Below, piece after piece: positions 9,958 through 21,086 of a stretch of 64,000 nt of DNA. This DNA is from an uncultured virus (IMG/VR IMGVR_UViG_2831345111_000005). Taxonomy: Duplodnaviria; Heunggongvirae; Uroviricota; Caudoviricetes. Every line of letters begins with the position of its first letter. Positions within the stretch are counted from its first letter, which is position 1. Both the position numbers and the translations under genes were made by a program. The notes below the pieces were generated by a model, which saw only the letters and a list, made by a program, of their open reading frames with translations, had not been told where the DNA came from and searched no databases. The stretch lies in IMG/VR virus record IMGVR_UViG_2831345111_000005; one strand, given 5' to 3'.

Positions 9958-12222
9958 TCAGAAAATCAACTCACAAACTCCGCCTGCGCAAGCTGCGCCT
10001 GCGAGGTTTCCGGTGTCCACAAATTCCTTTTGACCCAGCTCTGTCGAGAAATCGACTTCCTCAATCGTGCGCTGGATACGGACCCACTTATGCAAGTTGT
10101 AGACATCCTTGACGCAGAACGACGCTTTCTGAGTATTGCCATCGAAGAAATTCTGAGCGAACTTCTCAAAACGGCGGACCCAGTCACGACGCAGCAGGTC
10201 ACGCGCTTCATCGGTCAGCTTCAGGCCAAAGCCCATAGCCGTATCCGTTGCTTGCCACAGGTTGTTGTCGAAGGCGTGGAGGCCATCAACAATCAAGCCG
10301 GAGGCGAACATGGAGGCGTCACCGTACATCTGCAGGATTTCCTCGGCCGTGTGAACTTCCGTGAACGGAGCTTGGGCGTAGGCCTTGTCACCGCTAGCGG
10401 CGAGCAAGCTCACGCCGGCGAACCATTGGCGGTTGTCATACAGGTACTGTTCCACAGCAGCCCAATCATCCACGGTAATGGTGTTGGAGATGTTGTGACG
10501 CAGATGCTTGTCTACGCAGAGCTCGACGTTGGTGCCGTTCTCAACCCAATGCATCTGGGCCTTTTTCACGTATTCAAGCTGCTTGACGCCCAGCAGGTCC
10601 TTCTTCGTAATCGAACCTTCCTTCGTTTCCACGGGGAAGGCGACCACAAAGTCAGTGCCATTGGTCGACCACACACTGTTTTCAACCATGTCCGGATTGC
10701 GGTCCTTAATCAGGCGGCCGGCATCGGACTCCATATTGACTTGCACGTGACGGAAGTACCGTGCACTGTGCTCGCCATGGATGCCGGATGCGGTGCCCAA
10801 CAGGACAGATGCGTTACCAGACGGCTTTGCGCAGGTGGTACGAGCAGCCGGGTTGATGCCCAACAGCTTAGCCACCACACGGTTGGTCTCCTTCACGATT
10901 TCAGCACCCTTTTTCAGGATACGTTCGTCGAACAGGATAGCAGGATTATTCATCCAGCCCGTGATGGAAACACCCAGCAGCGCTTCACGTTCCGTAATCT
11001 GACGCGATGCGTCAGACAGGTACTTGAAGTTGGTGTAACCAGCTTGCAGGGTACCCAGGATTGCACCGGCACGGCAGGCCTTGTAGAAGGCTTCTTCCGA
11101 ATCGCACTTGCCACCATTGATTTCCGTCAGGTTGCAGAACTGGAAGCCAGTTTCGCCAGACTCAGCAATGGGGCGCATGCCGATTTCCACGCATGGGTTA
11201 TAAGCGAAGTCCAGGTCTTCAGTGAAGATAAACCCAGGTTCACCGAAATCACGGACCGAAGTCATGATTTCTGCCCACTTCTCACGCGTGAGCTTGGAAC
11301 GCTCCACCATAACCGAGTTGTTGCTACGGCCACGTTGCGGATTATCCACGAACCAGTTGCCGGTCTTGGCCTTCAACATGTCTTCATCATCGATGGAGAA
11401 CATGGCGATGGTTGCAGAGCGACGAACACCACCAGACAGAACCGCATCCGCGAGGTGCATCACGATGTCATAGACATCAATGGTGCGCAGGCGGGTTTCG
11501 CCACCAGCCAGACGGCGCTCGATGAGCTCCTCGACCTTCTGCAGCGAAGCACGCAGGCCATCAGGACCAGGGGCCTTGAAACCACCGGCAATGAAGGCGC
11601 CTTTCGGACGAATCTGGGTGTAGTCGAAGTGCACGGTATGGCCATGGAACTCACGGAACTCACCACCATCAGTGAAGTAGGAGGCGAGCAGAACTCCAGC
11701 TGCATCAGCCCAACCTTCGATACTGTCGGCGATGACATGAACCTTCACATCGCTGATAGAACGGAAAGCGATTTCCGGGAGCTTGGCCACGTGATGCTTT
11801 TGCACACTGAAACCAACACCGCAGCCGCACAGCAGCAGATACAGCGTTTCCTGAAAGAACCGGACACGGTCTGCATAGCTGACGCTGCAGTTGTACATCT
11901 TGGCTTCGTGCTTCAGCAGCGAGCTTTGCTTCATCTCGCCATTCACGACGGTAGCGGGGCCACCGAACTGGAATGACCGCTGAGAACCGAGTACACGACG
12001 AGACTTGTAGGCTTGCGCCGCTTCGTCCATCAGGTCCTTCAGCTCCGGCGTCATGCGGTCAGCATACTTCTCAGCATGCATGGCCATGACACGGTCGACA
12101 GCTTCCGACATCGTTTCACGACGGACTAAACCGTCTTCGTGAATTTCCTGCGTGTAGTCGCACATTTTGAATGCGGACATCATCGCCTTACCGATTGCGG
12201 ACTTGGTTGCATTAACTTGCAT
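9958..12222 (-). CDS. nrdJ: class II (adenosylcobalamin-dependent) ribonucleotide reductase
   Basis: YNCS, GCGVGFSV, SGGVRRSA, RGRSNNS, NPCVEI, CNLTEI, KPSGNAS, C-terminal CAGGVC; no nrdB in the window. Confidence 0.85.
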   Translation of the reverse strand: MQVNATKSAIGKAMMSAFKMCDYTQEIHEDGLVRRETMSEAVDRVMAMHAEKYADRMTPELKDLMDEAAQAYKSRRVLGSQRSFQFGGPATVVNGEMKQSSLLKHEAKMYNCSVSYADRVRFFQETLYLLLCGCGVGFSVQKHHVAKLPEIAFRSISDVKVHVIADSIEGWADAAGVLLASYFTDGGEFREFHGHTVHFDYTQIRPKGAFIAGGFKAPGPDGLRASLQKVEELIERRLAGGETRLRTIDVYDIVMHLADAVLSGGVRRSATIAMFSIDDEDMLKAKTGNWFVDNPQRGRSNNSVMVERSKLTREKWAEIMTSVRDFGEPGFIFTEDLDFAYNPCVEIGMRPIAESGETGFQFCNLTEINGGKCDSEEAFYKACRAGAILGTLQAGYTNFKYLSDASRQITEREALLGVSITGWMNNPAILFDERILKKGAEIVKETNRVVAKLLGINPAARTTCAKPSGNASVLLGTASGIHGEHSARYFRHVQVNMESDAGRLIKDRNPDMVENSVWSTNGTDFVVAFPVETKEGSITKKDLLGVKQLEYVKKAQMHWVENGTNVELCVDKHLRHNISNTITVDDWAAVEQYLYDNRQWFAGVSLLAASGDKAYAQAPFTEVHTAEEILQMYGDASMFASGLIVDGLHAFDNNLWQATDTAMGFGLKLTDEARDLLRRDWVRRFEKFAQNFFDGNTQKASFCVKDVYNLHKWVRIQRTIEEVDFSTELGQKEFVDTGNLAGAACAGGVCELIF

Positions 12223-12795
12223 AATTTGTTTCCCTTTATAAGTAAATAAAAATATGAACCTTTGAGTAGTTGTATAGCGCCTAAGGCGCAATAGTGCTAA
12301 GCGCAGGTCCATATCGAAATGAATGCCCCAAGGGATGGGGCAATGGGTTAAACCCTGAACAGCTTCAGCTGTTCTTTTGGTGTGAGTTTTTCAACTCTGG
12401 ATAGCAGCTTCCCGGCTTCCTTCGGGGAGAGCCGTGAAATTGCCTCTGCCCATCTTGATTGAATGACGGCGGCAATTGAAGTGCGGTCACCATCTCGAGC
12501 AACCGCTCCTGGTCGGATTGGATAGGGGCTAGTTCACGTTCATGCACCCATACAAATGCCCAGGGGAAACGCTTACCCTGCCAAAGAGCACCCTGGCTAA
12601 CAACACGAATAGGCCGGGGGCTTGAATGCTTAACAACCTTATGCATAACAACTCCTGTAGACGTACCTGTCCCTAGGTGGGAAGGCTTCATTTGGGTGTT
12701 GTTGGTTGTTAACTCATAGCTATTGAAGTATAGTGTCTAATGATATATCGGTCAACCTATACAGAGACTGGACATATTAATTTTCGGAGACCGAA

Positions 12796-14403
12796 ATGAA
12801 TCAGGACGATATTAAAATTATTCCCGCTTTGCAGGATTTTATTCAATTGCAGGCGGAAGGCCTGCAATTCTCTTCCAAGAAGGAAAAGCTTGTATGGCGT
12901 GATTTTGCGCTGGCATTACGCGCGCTATTTCGTAACTATCTTGCTAACGAAAAACCTCGGTTGTTCCAGGTCTGCGTGGACGGCTACATCGAGCTTTATG
13001 GTGGACATTTCATTCGCCGGGAAGGGGATGGAACAGTTGTTGGGTCCGTAGTTCCCCGCCGTTACGTTTCAAGCCTGGGGCATCATTTGGTGGATTTGGC
13101 TTATGACTCGTTGCTCTATGTTTACCGGGAGAAGGTGATGGAGACAGTGTTTTTAAAAGCTGAATCGTGGGGAATCACCCTTAGCTATAGTGCGCGTGAA
13201 TCTATTTCCGAGTGCTGGAAGTGGATGGTGAAGAACATGCCCGTTGCCTTGTGGTCGCGAAAGCATGGATTCCGGGTTGAAGCTAAGACGGTACAAAAGC
13301 GAATTTGGGATTGCAATATTCTTGACCGGGCTGTATTTGGTTTGAGTATCCGCATCCAGGGTAATTCTCCTACTTTGAGCTGCTACAACGCATGCATGAT
13401 TAATCGTGTGGATGTTGAAGCGCGTATCAAAGAGGCACCTAACTTGGCTTCGTATCTTATTCGCTACTGCAATAGGGGTGAGGAGGTGTACGCACAGAGC
13501 ACTGTATTTCAGGAAGCGCGTGATGAATTCATCATGGCGGGCGGTTCGGCAAAGGGTTGGCGCTGGCTTACCAAACAAGGATGGGGGACGGTATCCCGCC
13601 GGTTCCCAAGGGAATCCTGGTATCACTCAGCCAAACTTGCAACGGATTTAGCTGATGCTCAGGTGGGTAAGGTTCCTGTTGTTCTTTCGTTATGGCACCA
13701 CTCAACGAGCATTTTCATGCCTGGCTTGGCCAAGATAGTTGCTGAAACCTATAAGCAGCGCAAGGCAAAAGCATCAGAAATGAATCATTACGTTCCGCTC
13801 ATCTTTGATTTTCTTCGGGCTGAATGTGGTAAGTCGCTTTCTGTGTTTAAGGGAGCTACCTGGAAAAGTCTCGTACGCAGGCAAGAAGAATGGCATCGCA
13901 AGATTCAGCGCGAGCGCCGTGAAAAACTGCGGGAAAGTGGAAATCAATGGGCATGGGCTCCGGTTATCCAGGAGGTCGTCTCTAAATCGTTTGTGGCGAC
14001 CAGTCTCAACGATACAGAGTCACTCTGGGATGAAGGCGACTCAATGGGCCATTGTGTCGGCGGGTACTCGGAGTATTGCTTCAAGAACCGCTCTCGCATT
14101 TACTCCATCAAGAGTAAGGAGGGAGTTCGAGTGGCGACTCTGGAGCTAAAGCTGCAGAAGTCGAAGTGGACTATTGCTCAGCTCTATGGCCAGGGAAACT
14201 CACGAGTAACCGACCAGGAGGTAAGGCAGTTAGCCACAAAGGTCGCTAAACGTTGTAATGCGGCCGAGCTTCCCAAGATGGAAAATAACGTTGTGTTGAA
14301 GGGGCCGCAGTCAATGACGCATCATCAAGCGTTGACTGAGGTGCCCTTCGAGAATTTCCGTGCGCAAAATGATGATTTTATGGCCATGGAAATTCCCTTC
14401 TGA
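12796..14403 (+). CDS. PcfJ-domain-containing protein
   Basis: C-term L.DEG.SMGHCVGGY....SRIYSI...RVATLEL...QLYG.GN. Confidence 0.75.
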   Translation: MNQDDIKIIPALQDFIQLQAEGLQFSSKKEKLVWRDFALALRALFRNYLANEKPRLFQVCVDGYIELYGGHFIRREGDGTVVGSVVPRRYVSSLGHHLVDLAYDSLLYVYREKVMETVFLKAESWGITLSYSARESISECWKWMVKNMPVALWSRKHGFRVEAKTVQKRIWDCNILDRAVFGLSIRIQGNSPTLSCYNACMINRVDVEARIKEAPNLASYLIRYCNRGEEVYAQSTVFQEARDEFIMAGGSAKGWRWLTKQGWGTVSRRFPRESWYHSAKLATDLADAQVGKVPVVLSLWHHSTSIFMPGLAKIVAETYKQRKAKASEMNHYVPLIFDFLRAECGKSLSVFKGATWKSLVRRQEEWHRKIQRERREKLRESGNQWAWAPVIQEVVSKSFVATSLNDTESLWDEGDSMGHCVGGYSEYCFKNRSRIYSIKSKEGVRVATLELKLQKSKWTIAQLYGQGNSRVTDQEVRQLATKVAKRCNAAELPKMENNVVLKGPQSMTHHQALTEVPFENFRAQNDDFMAMEIPF

Positions 14404-14444
14404 AGTACAAGCCTCGTCAATGACGAGGCTTTTTTCTTTGCTTG

Positions 14445-15884
14445 CTACTTGAGCTTGGCTAGTCGCTTCCCACCAATCCAGCGGATGTGGCACCAGGACA
14501 TCATGGCGCTGATGAGCCAGGCCATCCCGACCATCACCACCCCATTTACCATCAGGTCCGTCACGTCCACAGCCTGGTTGGACCCCAAGCCCTTCCATAA
14601 AAGGACAACGGATGTAATAGCCAAAAACAGAAGAAGCCAGGTCGACTTGATGGCGGATTTCATCTGCTTCAGCGAAAGTAGCGCGCGTAACAGATATTCA
14701 GGCTGCAGCGCTTTGGCCAACTTATCCGACAGCGGTGCTAAGTCGGCCGCGACATGGAAGGATGCTGGGGCATGTTCGACGGCTTGCTGATGCACTTCCG
14801 ATTGCATGAAGCTCCTTCCAGCGCCCGCCAGGCCAAACATCTTCTTGATATTGAAAATTGAGAATGACAGCAAGGTCAGCTCCAGCGCCTCGAGGTCAGG
14901 GGTGACCAGTTGTTCTACCAGGGTTCCGGCGTCGGCGATTGCGCACTTGTTGCCATAGACCACCATCTTGGAGGTCTCGCTGGATACGGTCACATCGCTC
15001 TTGTAGACCTTGGTAGAGAAGGTTGCTTGCTCGGTAACGCAGCGTCTTGGCTCATCCCGAACAACGTCCCGATGGAGCAATGTTGCTACAGAATTAACTA
15101 CTGTCGGCAGGTCAGCACGAACAGTGAGCGCATAGGTCACATCGGCGTCATCTACGTTTATCGATACGACTTTGTAATCAGGCTTGAGAAAGTATTCGGC
15201 CTCTGCCACATTGGTGAAACGGCCATGACCTCCACAATCACCGCAGGTGAGCTTCCCTCGACCGCGGCAAGTGTTGCAAGTCATCCTGCCGGTGGTATCG
15301 CAATACATACAAGCTTCTCTGCGATGGCCTGTCTGAGCGTGACCGTTCGAATCATAGGTAGTGATGGTTCGCGTTTGATACCCTGTGCCATAACACCAGG
15401 AGCAAGACTGCTTACGGGTTCCATTGCAATAAGTGCAGTTATATTCCCCATCGCCGTAACAACGAGCGCAGGTGTAAGTTCGAATCACCCGCTTTGAATA
15501 ATGTCCGACCTTCTTTTGGTCGCGATAAGCGCCGTAGCCCTCCTGAACAATTTGAGGGGCGAGGTTGGCAAGAATGTTCGGATTATTTACCGCTTCTGAG
15601 ATGAGGCTGGTAACCGTAGCGTCGTACTCACCCGCAGATTGCACCACATAATCACCAGGATTCGCTTCGACAATACCGGTGTAGGTAGAGTGATTGGTGC
15701 CCATTTGAAGGACATGGCGGACTCTTACCTCGAATGTGACGTCGAGACAATTGTCACTGCTAAAGCTAACATTTTCTGGCTCAAAGCGAGTGGAGCGCTG
15801 GATGAACCGTTGAATTTCCTTGCGCGCTAAGCCGGCATATTCATCTTTTGTTTCAGTATCAGCTGCTACCACTTCGTTTTTCAT
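14445..15884 (-). CDS. membrane protein with DnaJ-type CxxCxGxG zinc-finger repeats
   Basis: Six CxxC(xGxG)-type motifs; two C-terminal hydrophobic helices. Confidence 0.7.
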   Translation of the reverse strand: MKNEVVAADTETKDEYAGLARKEIQRFIQRSTRFEPENVSFSSDNCLDVTFEVRVRHVLQMGTNHSTYTGIVEANPGDYVVQSAGEYDATVTSLISEAVNNPNILANLAPQIVQEGYGAYRDQKKVGHYSKRVIRTYTCARCYGDGEYNCTYCNGTRKQSCSWCYGTGYQTRTITTYDSNGHAQTGHRREACMYCDTTGRMTCNTCRGRGKLTCGDCGGHGRFTNVAEAEYFLKPDYKVVSINVDDADVTYALTVRADLPTVVNSVATLLHRDVVRDEPRRCVTEQATFSTKVYKSDVTVSSETSKMVVYGNKCAIADAGTLVEQLVTPDLEALELTLLSFSIFNIKKMFGLAGAGRSFMQSEVHQQAVEHAPASFHVAADLAPLSDKLAKALQPEYLLRALLSLKQMKSAIKSTWLLLFLAITSVVLLWKGLGSNQAVDVTDLMVNGVVMVGMAWLISAMMSWCHIRWIGGKRLAKLK

Positions 15885-15935
15885 ATTGCTCTTTCGAAAG
15901 TTAGCTAAAAAGTGAAGTATGCCTTGATTTTAGGG

Positions 15936-16382
15936 TTATCCGCCAGCGCGTTCAAGGTCACGCGCCTTTTGGTCTGCGCGCTTATCGTATTGCTTCTTCC
16001 CCTTAGCAAGGCCGATGAGCAGCTTGAGCTTGCGGCCGGCGCCTTCACGCTGTACTTCCAATGGGACGATGGTGTAGCCGCGCTCCACAACCTTCTTTTG
16101 AAGTTTGTTAAGCTCGGAACGATTGAGGAGAAGCTTACGGGTGCGAACAGCAGAAACGCCGTTCAGTGCGTTGCGCTGAACATGCGCATCTGGGGTGAGA
16201 TGGGTACCTTCAAGAAATGCTTCACCATCACGTATGGCGATAAAGGCACCACCCATGCCGAAATTGCCGCGGCCGGCGAGGATGCTCTTCACTTCCCAGC
16301 CTTCAAGAACCATCCCTGCAAGGAATGTATCCTCGATGTGATAGTTGTGACGCGCCTGACGATTTTCAGCAATGGTTTCCAT
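15936..16382 (-). CDS. smpB: SsrA-binding protein SmpB
   Basis: NRQARHNY.IE..AG.VL.GWEVKS, RKLLL, KGKKQYDKR. Confidence 0.95.
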   Translation of the reverse strand: METIAENRQARHNYHIEDTFLAGMVLEGWEVKSILAGRGNFGMGGAFIAIRDGEAFLEGTHLTPDAHVQRNALNGVSAVRTRKLLLNRSELNKLQKKVVERGYTIVPLEVQREGAGRKLKLLIGLAKGKKQYDKRADQKARDLERAGG

Positions 16383-16419
16383 GTTTTGTCCTTTGAAAAA
16401 AACAAAAGCCCCAGTTAAG

Positions 16420-16735
16420 GGGCCTCTGTGAAGGAATTGCTTAACAAGGCTCCTTCAAACCCCGGCTTGGTCAAGCGACCAGGCGATAAGATTCGTCGTT
16501 TGCGAATACTTTTTTGCTACTTCATGGCACAAGTGCCGCAGTGTTCGCCTACTGCCGTTGCCGCCTTCATCTCCCAACGCTGTCGAAGCCTGGCGCCCCC
16601 GTCAGAAGAGTTGTTAGGTTAGTAGGCCATTCCAGTATTAGTGGACATCCGGCAAACCGACAGCTCTTTTGGTGGAGGCGGGGGGAATCGAACCCCCTTC
16701 CAACGCCGTTTAACTCCAGAGGAATTACAACGATT
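16420..16735 (-). ncRNA. ssrA: circularly permuted two-piece tmRNA. Acceptor piece ~16735-16670, intervening segment 16669-16601, coding piece 16600-~16420
   Basis: The 3' end GGGGGTTCGATTCCCCCCGCCTCCACCA is transcribed before the 5' end GGGGGCGCCAGGCTTCGAC; 7-bp acceptor with G3-U70; tag ORF 16503-16471 = ANDESYRLVA*; adjacent to smpB. Outer ends approximate. Confidence 0.9.
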
Positions 16736-16855
16736 CAAGCAGTATATACAAAATAGACAGTTTTGTCAATAACTATTTCTATACTTAACAATCCATCCCT
16801 CTTAATCTTACCCATGTTCACTTCGCGCGCAGGCTCTGATACTAAATCCTCAAGC

Positions 16856-17302
16856 ATGACTAGGCTTGAGTTGTTGATGTTTACCTTGGGAACGTCCAAG
16901 GCATACGGTTCTCGGGAGCTGTATGGCATGGACATTTTCGATGTGCGTGAAATTCTGCAAACGCCTGTACTAACGACTGTTCCTTCGGCGCCGGTCGGGG
17001 TGAAGGGGATGGTTTCGTTGCGCGGTGTGATTATCCCAGTCCTTGCGCTAGCAGAATTGATGGGGCAAGAAACAGCCTCAAACAACACCATCATGATTGT
17101 TGCGGAGCATCAGAGTCGAATGCTGGCCATGCTTGTCGATACCGTTGACAACATTGTGAGGCTGGATGAGTCCAAATTACGCCAAGCACCTCCTATGCTA
17201 ACGAGCGGCCATCTCAAATCCATTGCCGACCTGGATGATGGCCGTCTTCTCCAGGTCCTCGATATGGGGTCGGTCCTGTCTCGATATAAGCCAGACGATT
17301 AA
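16856..17302 (+). CDS. cheW: chemotaxis coupling protein CheW-like
   Basis: YGMDI..VREI....T.VP.AP..VKG..SLRG.IIPV, VD.V..IV. Confidence 0.85.
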   Translation: MTRLELLMFTLGTSKAYGSRELYGMDIFDVREILQTPVLTTVPSAPVGVKGMVSLRGVIIPVLALAELMGQETASNNTIMIVAEHQSRMLAMLVDTVDNIVRLDESKLRQAPPMLTSGHLKSIADLDDGRLLQVLDMGSVLSRYKPDD

Positions 17303-17355
17303 ACAGCTATACCGGTCAGTGGGACCGTTAATTTTAGGAAATATAGGAGAAGGTT

Positions 17356-17643
17356 ATGGCTACAGTTGAACACATGCATCATCGTCCTGATGGCTCGGAA
17401 GTCCGGATTGTTGCGCAAGCTTGCTGGGGGAGTGGGTTAACCTGCTCAATTGATGTGGCGGTACATCGACGTGCCAGCGATAAGCACGACTGGCAGCTGA
17501 TGAGTAATCGGCCGCATCCGGCCTGGCGTTCCATGTCGATAAAGGATTATGCCCTGCATGGCCGCTCGGAAATGTTGCTGGCGGCATCACCGGCTGAAAT
17601 TCTGCGCGCGACCTCCGCGCTGCATACCGCTATCGCAAAGTAA
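17356..17643 (+). CDS. hypothetical protein
   Basis: AGGAGA RBS, 95 aa. Confidence 0.65.
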   Translation: MATVEHMHHRPDGSEVRIVAQACWGSGLTCSIDVAVHRRASDKHDWQLMSNRPHPAWRSMSIKDYALHGRSEMLLAASPAEILRATSALHTAIAK

Positions 17644-17694
17644 TACAACCTCAAGCCGTCGTTCCTTAAAGGTTCGACGGCTCACTTCATCTCG

Positions 17695-19341
17695 CTACAG
17701 CGTAAACTGCTTAACAGCTTTCTCCATCCGGTACACCAGCTTGGAGAGAGAGTCGACCAGTGTCTCGGTGTTATGCACTACGCTCACATTCTGTTCGGTC
17801 ATGCTAGCCACCTGCTCAACATTCTGCGCAAGCTCAGTCAATGCACGCTCTTCTTCGGTCGATGCATGGGAGATTTCAGTAATCATCTCTGCGGTCTTGG
17901 TCATCTCCGTGTTGATTGTACGGAGCACTTCTTCCGCCTGCCGTACTAGCGAAACCCCATCCTCAACTTGAGTGGCACCGGCACGCATGCCGCTGACGGC
18001 TGACTTGGTATCCTGTTGGATACTGCCAATCATGTCGCTGATTTCACGAGTGGCCTTACCGGTGCGTTCTGCGAGTTTTCGGACCTCGTCGGCTACAACC
18101 GCAAACCCTCGGCCCTGCTCCCCAGCGCGGGCGGCTTCGATGGCAGCATTCAGTGCGAGAAGATTTGTCTGGTCCGCAATATCCCCGATAACCCCAACAA
18201 TTTGGCTGATTTCTTCTGACCTCTGACTTAGGGCTTCCACCTGGTTGGCTGACAGCTTAACGGACGTCGCCATTTCAAGAATTGTTGTAGTAGCGCGCGC
18301 AGACAGCTCGGCGCCGGCGGCTGCTAACGTCACTGTCTTCTGCGCGTTACGCTGCGTTTCCTTTGCGTTGGATGCGACTTCGCCGATGGAAACTGTCACT
18401 TCCTCGACGGCTGCGGCAGCTGCTGCGGTCGATTCGCTTTGATAATGCGCGGCATCCTCAACGACTCGGATACCCTTGTCCACTGCCTTCGTAGCCTTCT
18501 CTACTTGGTGAGATACGTCTGCCATCCCCTGGATGGTGGCTTGCAGCGAGGAGACCATTCGGTCTGCGCGTTGGGCAATGACCCCAATCTGGTCACGTCG
18601 ATTCAGGTTAAGGCGATTCCCCAGGTTACCGGTGACAAGCAGAGATTCCAACCAGGCTGCCAGGCGGTCCAAGTCCCCTGTTACCCTGGGAGTGAAGAAA
18701 TAAAGGAAATAGAAGCTGTAAAGCAACCCAACCATCGCAAGCCCGCCAATACCAACCGAGCTGACGCTCACGGCTTTCGAGAGGTGGCGATACCACTCAC
18801 ATACCATCCAGGTGCTCGCCGACAACATAAGATAGCCCATCAGCCCCAGTTGAACATTCATAGAGGCCAGTTTAGCGGCAGCACTTGAGCGGCGATGAAC
18901 AACGCGGCCATCCTCAATGCACAAGGACTTGTCACCGTTTTTGATTTTCTTGTAGGCCGTTTCTGCAGCCGCAACTTCATCTCGGGTAGGCCTTGAGCGC
19001 ACAGACTGGTACCCGATGATTTGGCCGCCATCTCGCACAGGGGAGGTATTAGCTACAACCCAGTAAAAACCGCCATCCTTTCGCCTATTCTTAACGACGC
19101 CTCGCCACGGTCGACCTGCTTTGAGGTTGAGCCACATATCCGCAAACGCTTCCTCGGGCATATCGGGGTGTCGCACGATGTTATGAGGCTGACCCAACAT
19201 TTCGTCGCGCTCAAACCCACTGACATGCACAAATGCCTCGTTCGCCTCTTCGATGACGCCATTGAGATTGGTTCGTGAATAAATGAATTCACCTTCCGGC
19301 AGAAACGTTTCTACTGCAGTGACGGGATGGTTGTTTCGCAT
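17695..19341 (-). CDS. PAS-domain methyl-accepting chemotaxis protein (Aer-like)
   Basis: SRT...G.I..AN..F...SG....[68 protein letters not shown]. Confidence 0.92.
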   Translation of the reverse strand: MRNNHPVTAVETFLPEGEFIYSRTNLNGVIEEANEAFVHVSGFERDEMLGQPHNIVRHPDMPEEAFADMWLNLKAGRPWRGVVKNRRKDGGFYWVVANTSPVRDGGQIIGYQSVRSRPTRDEVAAAETAYKKIKNGDKSLCIEDGRVVHRRSSAAAKLASMNVQLGLMGYLMLSASTWMVCEWYRHLSKAVSVSSVGIGGLAMVGLLYSFYFLYFFTPRVTGDLDRLAAWLESLLVTGNLGNRLNLNRRDQIGVIAQRADRMVSSLQATIQGMADVSHQVEKATKAVDKGIRVVEDAAHYQSESTAAAAAAVEEVTVSIGEVASNAKETQRNAQKTVTLAAAGAELSARATTTILEMATSVKLSANQVEALSQRSEEISQIVGVIGDIADQTNLLALNAAIEAARAGEQGRGFAVVADEVRKLAERTGKATREISDMIGSIQQDTKSAVSGMRAGATQVEDGVSLVRQAEEVLRTINTEMTKTAEMITEISHASTEEERALTELAQNVEQVASMTEQNVSVVHNTETLVDSLSKLVYRMEKAVKQFTL

Positions 19342-19544
19342 ATAAGCCCTGAAAATGGATGTGTTTCACTTTTGCACATTTTTCAGTATATCGCAGTTTG
19401 CGACTCTTGGCGTAACTATTTAGGATATTTTTATCTTGTTAGTTAAGCATTGTCTTATATAAGGAAATTCGAATGAATTGCACATTTAGACTAAAAACAA
19501 AAAAGCCAGCGAGAAGCTGGCTTGGTAGTTTGGATAATGTAGAT

Positions 19545-19814
19545 TTAAGCGTCAACAGCGTTTGGCGGAGCCACTAGTGCCCAGCCTTGCTTGGCCAGTT
19601 TGGCCACTTCTTGCTTAACCGTTCGCTCGGCTTCCGCTACTGACATGCAGCGGGCATCCTTTAAGATACAGCGACCGACGGAACTTACAACCTTTACAGA
19701 GTCGCCCCCTGCTAGAAACTTGGGGAGCTTTATACCTTCTTGGCGCGAATGCTTGATTTCAATGACATCGCTACCTTTGACCAGCTGAACATTCTGAACA
19801 GAACTAATCGTCAT
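19545..19814 (-). CDS. hypothetical protein
   Basis: ORF with GAGGA-like RBS. Confidence 0.55.
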   Translation of the reverse strand: MTISSVQNVQLVKGSDVIEIKHSRQEGIKLPKFLAGGDSVKVVSSVGRCILKDARCMSVAEAERTVKQEVAKLAKQGWALVAPPNAVDA

Positions 19815-20018
19815 CTACCTATCCTCTGCAATCTTGATTCAAATTATTTCACTTGATTTGAGGCAAATTCTCTTGCCAACCAATCCATGAAGTTTACCAT
19901 TAATAGCATGTTATGTCAATCCATAACTTCTATTTAATGGTATATACAAGAATGCAGAAAACCGGTATTGAAGTGCTGCGCGGGCAGGATTTCCGGCTCC
20001 TGCCCACCGGGAAGAGTA

Positions 20019-20666
20019 TCAGATATCGACGGTCGACGCGATAATATTGGCGGCCAGCGCGTCGCAACGCTCGTTATTTACATCGCCGGCGTGCCCTTTA
20101 ACCCAGCGCACCGTAACCTTGCGCTTATCAGCAACCGCAAAGAGCTTCATCCAATGCTCTTTGTTAGCTACAGGGTCGCCAGATGCGGTCCGCCACCCAC
20201 GGTTAACCCATCCAGTTCGCCATTCAGACAAGCCTTTCAAGGTGTACTGGCTATCAGAGATAAGCACAATCTCGGTGCCTTCGGGGACACGAGACAATCC
20301 TTCTGTAGCGGCGACAATCTCGGCCACCTGGTTGGTCGCCACTCCGATGAAGCCTGCGGCCTCAGTGAGTACCGTTTCAGTCGCTTCATCAACCACCACT
20401 ACACCCCAGCCGGCAGGGCCTGGATTGCCTTTGCAGCCGCCGTCAGAATAAACCAGCACACGCCCGGACACCTTCACCTCAACCGCCGGGGCAGGCGCTG
20501 CCGTAGTCATAAGTGAGCTTATGTGGTCCAGGGTTTCCTGCGCCAACTGCTCACAAGCCTCACGACAGCGATTATAGGTGCCATCCGGCCGTGCTGGCGC
20601 GGCAATGAGTTCGAGCGCTGCAATTGCTTTCGCCAGCGCCACAGCAGCCATTGATGAGTTAGACAT
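20019..20666 (-). CDS. rnhA: ribonuclease HI with N-terminal extension
   Basis: YSDGGCKGNPGPAGWG, TNQVAE, SDSQY, WVKGHAG..NNERCD.LA. Confidence 0.9.
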   Translation of the reverse strand: MSNSSMAAVALAKAIAALELIAAPARPDGTYNRCREACEQLAQETLDHISSLMTTAAPAPAVEVKVSGRVLVYSDGGCKGNPGPAGWGVVVVDEATETVLTEAAGFIGVATNQVAEIVAATEGLSRVPEGTEIVLISDSQYTLKGLSEWRTGWVNRGWRTASGDPVANKEHWMKLFAVADKRKVTVRWVKGHAGDVNNERCDALAANIIASTVDI

Positions 20667-20964
20667 GCTCGAGTTCCTGTTCTTGTTTTTCGGCTACGGC
20701 GGCCGAAGTCAAAGCGGCTTCTGCCGCAGCTTTGGCGGCGCGCTCTTTCTTAACGACCCCACCTGAGAAGTAACCTGTTTCGTATGCTTGCTTGAGGGTG
20801 GTGTAAACACGAACGGCGGCTTCCGGGGTGCCTTGCAATGGCATCTCGAACCCTTCCACGGTGTACAAGGTTTTGCCAGTCAGCTTGCCGTACACCTGCT
20901 TGATTTGGATTCCCTCCGGAACGACGAATTCCTCGGTTGGAGTGGATGCTTGTTCTTTGCTCAT
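20659..20964 (-). CDS. hypothetical protein
   Basis: AGGAGA RBS; overlaps the rnhA start. Confidence 0.65.
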   Translation of the reverse strand: MSKEQASTPTEEFVVPEGIQIKQVYGKLTGKTLYTVEGFEMPLQGTPEAAVRVYTTLKQAYETGYFSGGVVKKERAAKAAAEAALTSAAVAEKQEQELEHV

Positions 20965-21086
20965 ATAGGTCTCCTGAATAATGATATTAGACCATATATT
21001 GCCTTTTTTGTCAAGGAAAGGCCCGTCTATGCAGGCTGTGACGCTAAGAAGAAATGCCCGGCAAACTAGGCTGCCGGGCGGATTGG

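Noticed and set aside
10030..11976. 648-aa + strand ORF
   Set aside because: Antisense shadow of nrdJ caused by codon bias; no RBS or motifs.
12365..12691. Minus-strand ORF upstream of nrdJ
   Set aside because: Possible small gene, but no motif or clear start; not enough support.
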